Shown here piece after piece: positions 17,564-18,699 of a DNA stretch of 18,699 nt (position 1 is its first letter; each line of letters begins with the position of its first letter). The DNA is from a bacterium (GTDB lineage: Bacteria > Arandabacterota > Arandabacteria > Arandabacterales > JALGWA01). The notes below the pieces were generated by a model, which was not told the origin of the DNA, searched no databases, and saw nothing but the letters and a program-made list of their open reading frames with translations. The stretch is taken from contig JASFEA010000062.1 in assembly GCA_050125095.1 (NCBI GenBank), positions 1 to 18,699 on the forward strand, given 5' to 3'. Both the position numbers and the translations under genes were made by a program.

Positions 17564-17831
17564 ACCCCTGCCCGGCGGCCGGCGCGCCGGCCCATCATAC
17601 CTTTCAGAATTGGCGTGACACGGCGGCTGCCGGGTGGTATTAGTGAGCTGGGGCTAATGTCCCAAGGGGTGATGCCGAAAAACACCAATTCATACAATCG
17701 CGCGCATCCTCGTCTGTGCAAGTCATGTCGGGACGCGACGGGCTAAGCAGAAAGCCCCTGTGTGGATGCGCGCGTTTCCATGCCGGGTGCTCCGCATACC
17801 CGGAGCTCTGCGAATGCCGCCTGACAGGGGT
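17564..17831. repeat. 268-bp intergenic element bounded by 14/16 inverted repeats, with internal stems
   Basis: Ends ACCCCTGCCCGGCGGC (17564-17579) / GCCGCCTGACAGGGGT (17816-17831). Internal perfect 11-bp pair CGCGCGCATCC (17699-17709) / GGATGCGCGCG (17764-17774). 16-bp palindrome at 17577-17592. Confidence 0.45.
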
Positions 17832-17859
17832 GGCGATATCCTGTAAGCTTTGGTATGTT
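17831..17859 (+). promoter_or_regulatory. Putative promoter for the ABC transporter gene
   Basis: TGGCGA (17831-17836), 17-bp spacer, TATGTT (17854-17859), with extended TG at 17851-17852. SD GGAG at 17881-17884. Confidence 0.4.
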
Positions 17860-17891
17860 ATTGGCGGCTAGCCCGCTTCCGGAGAACTTAC

Positions 17892-18699
17892 ATGAATTCG
17901 GTCGAGATTCGGAATGTAAATAAGACCTTCGGAGAGGTCGTCGCCGTCGACGATCTTTCGCTCGACGTGCCCGGGGGAAGCGTTTACGGCTTCATCGGCC
18001 CCAACGGTTCGGGCAAGACCACCACTCTCCGCATGATAATGAACATCTTCTACCCCGACAGCGGAGAGATAATCGTGCTCGGGAACAACAGGCCCGGCGC
18101 GTGCACGGACCGCATCGGCTACCTGCCGGAGGAACGCGGCCTCTACAAGCGCATGAACGTCCGCGAGATCTTGAGATTCTACGGCGAACTCAAGGCGGAC
18201 CGCGGCGTCAACCAAGAGGTCGACGCCTGGCTGGACAGAATGGACCTGGACGCCTGGGCGGACAAAAAGGTGGAAACGCTCAGCAAGGGGATGAGCCAGA
18301 AGGTCCAGTTTATAGCCAGCGTCATTTCCAATCCCGACATTCTCATTCTCGACGAGCCCTTCTCCGGGCTTGACCCGGTGAACACCGACGTCATAAGGTC
18401 GGCCGTACTCGAGCTCCAGGGAAACGGCACCACCGTCATATTCTCAACGCATGACATGAGCATGGCCGAGAGAATGTGCGACTTCATATTCATGATATTC
18501 AAGGGCAGGAAGGTTCTCGACGGTACGCTCGCTGCCATTCAGGACGAGTACGGCGACGACACGCTCCGGGTAAGCTGCGAAGGCGGAGCCGCCGCGATAA
18601 GGGGCGTTGAAGGCGTGGCGAAGGTAAATGACTTCGGCAGGAGCCAGGACGTCAGGATGGTCCGCGGCGCCGACCCGCAGGACATTCTCGCGGCCATTA
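17892..18699 (+). CDS. ABC-2-type transporter ATP-binding subunit (YhaQ/NatA-like); 3'-truncated; absent from the ORF track
   Basis: ATG 17892 after GGAG. Translation MNSVEIRNVNKTFGEVVAVDDLSL..., Walker A GPNGSGKT (17997-18020), IGYLPEERGLY, signature LSKGM, Walker B ILILDEP, D-loop SGLD, H-loop STH. Frame open to the window end. Confidence 0.95.
   Translation, partial: MNSVEIRNVNKTFGEVVAVDDLSLDVPGGSVYGFIGPNGSGKTTTLRMIMNIFYPDSGEIIVLGNNRPGACTDRIGYLPEERGLYKRMNVREILRFYGELKADRGVNQEVDAWLDRMDLDAWADKKVETLSKGMSQKVQFIASVISNPDILILDEPFSGLDPVNTDVIRSAVLELQGNGTTVIFSTHDMSMAERMCDFIFMIFKGRKVLDGTLAAIQDEYGDDTLRVSCEGGAAAIRGVEGVAKVNDFGRSQDVRMVRGADPQDILAAI

Noticed and set aside
10929..17608. 9-bp inverted match TCTGAAAGG (10929-10937) / CCTTTCAGA (17600-17608)
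   Set aside because: Several 9-mer matches are expected by chance among about 1 kb of intergenic DNA.
17645..17810. Assignment of the structured region to 6S RNA, SRP RNA, a purine, c-di-GMP, SAM or TPP riboswitch, or a hammerhead ribozyme
   Set aside because: Only fragmentary resemblance (e.g. GCCGA...TTCATAC to 6S RNA). The diagnostic conserved cores were not found on either strand. An Rfam scan is needed to settle it.
339..18538. Many long antisense or alternate-frame ORFs in the track (e.g. 339-1088, 2932-3762, 9672-10370, 12514-13503, 14536-15633, 15865-16551, 17868-18215)
   Set aside because: They overlap well-supported genes, show no recognisable motifs, and are the expected shadow ORFs of GC-rich codon usage.

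Overview
GC-rich bacterial chromosomal window with eight genes, two of them cut by the window edges. In order: (1) a 5'-truncated Cys-rich 2x[4Fe-4S] protein; (2-3) a tandem pair of membrane-anchored Hanks-type Ser/Thr kinases (kinase, TM helix, TolB-N/FlgO-like domain, TPRs); (4) a large secreted gingipain-family (C25) cysteine protease with a T9SS-type/FlgD-like C-terminal domain; (5) a DNRLRE-like lipoprotein; (6) a convergent secreted 7-repeat SBBP beta-propeller protein with a similar C-terminal domain; (7) a third, apparently soluble zinc-ribbon kinase-TolB-N-TPR protein; (8) a 3'-truncated ABC-2-type ATPase that is missing from the ORF track. The gene content suggests an anaerobic FCB-group or related candidate-phylum organism (inference only). 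No rRNA, tRNA, CRISPR array, transposase or recombinase was seen. The most unusual signals are: a GRCAGGGGTR motif present four times around kinase 3, forming an 11-bp inverted pair nested inside an 11-bp direct pair; a 268-bp inverted-repeat-bounded structured element between kinase 3 and the ABC gene; an N-terminal ETRxFK motif shared by all three kinases; and the same sensor module used with and without a TM helix. All domain calls come from motif recognition by eye, not from database searches.
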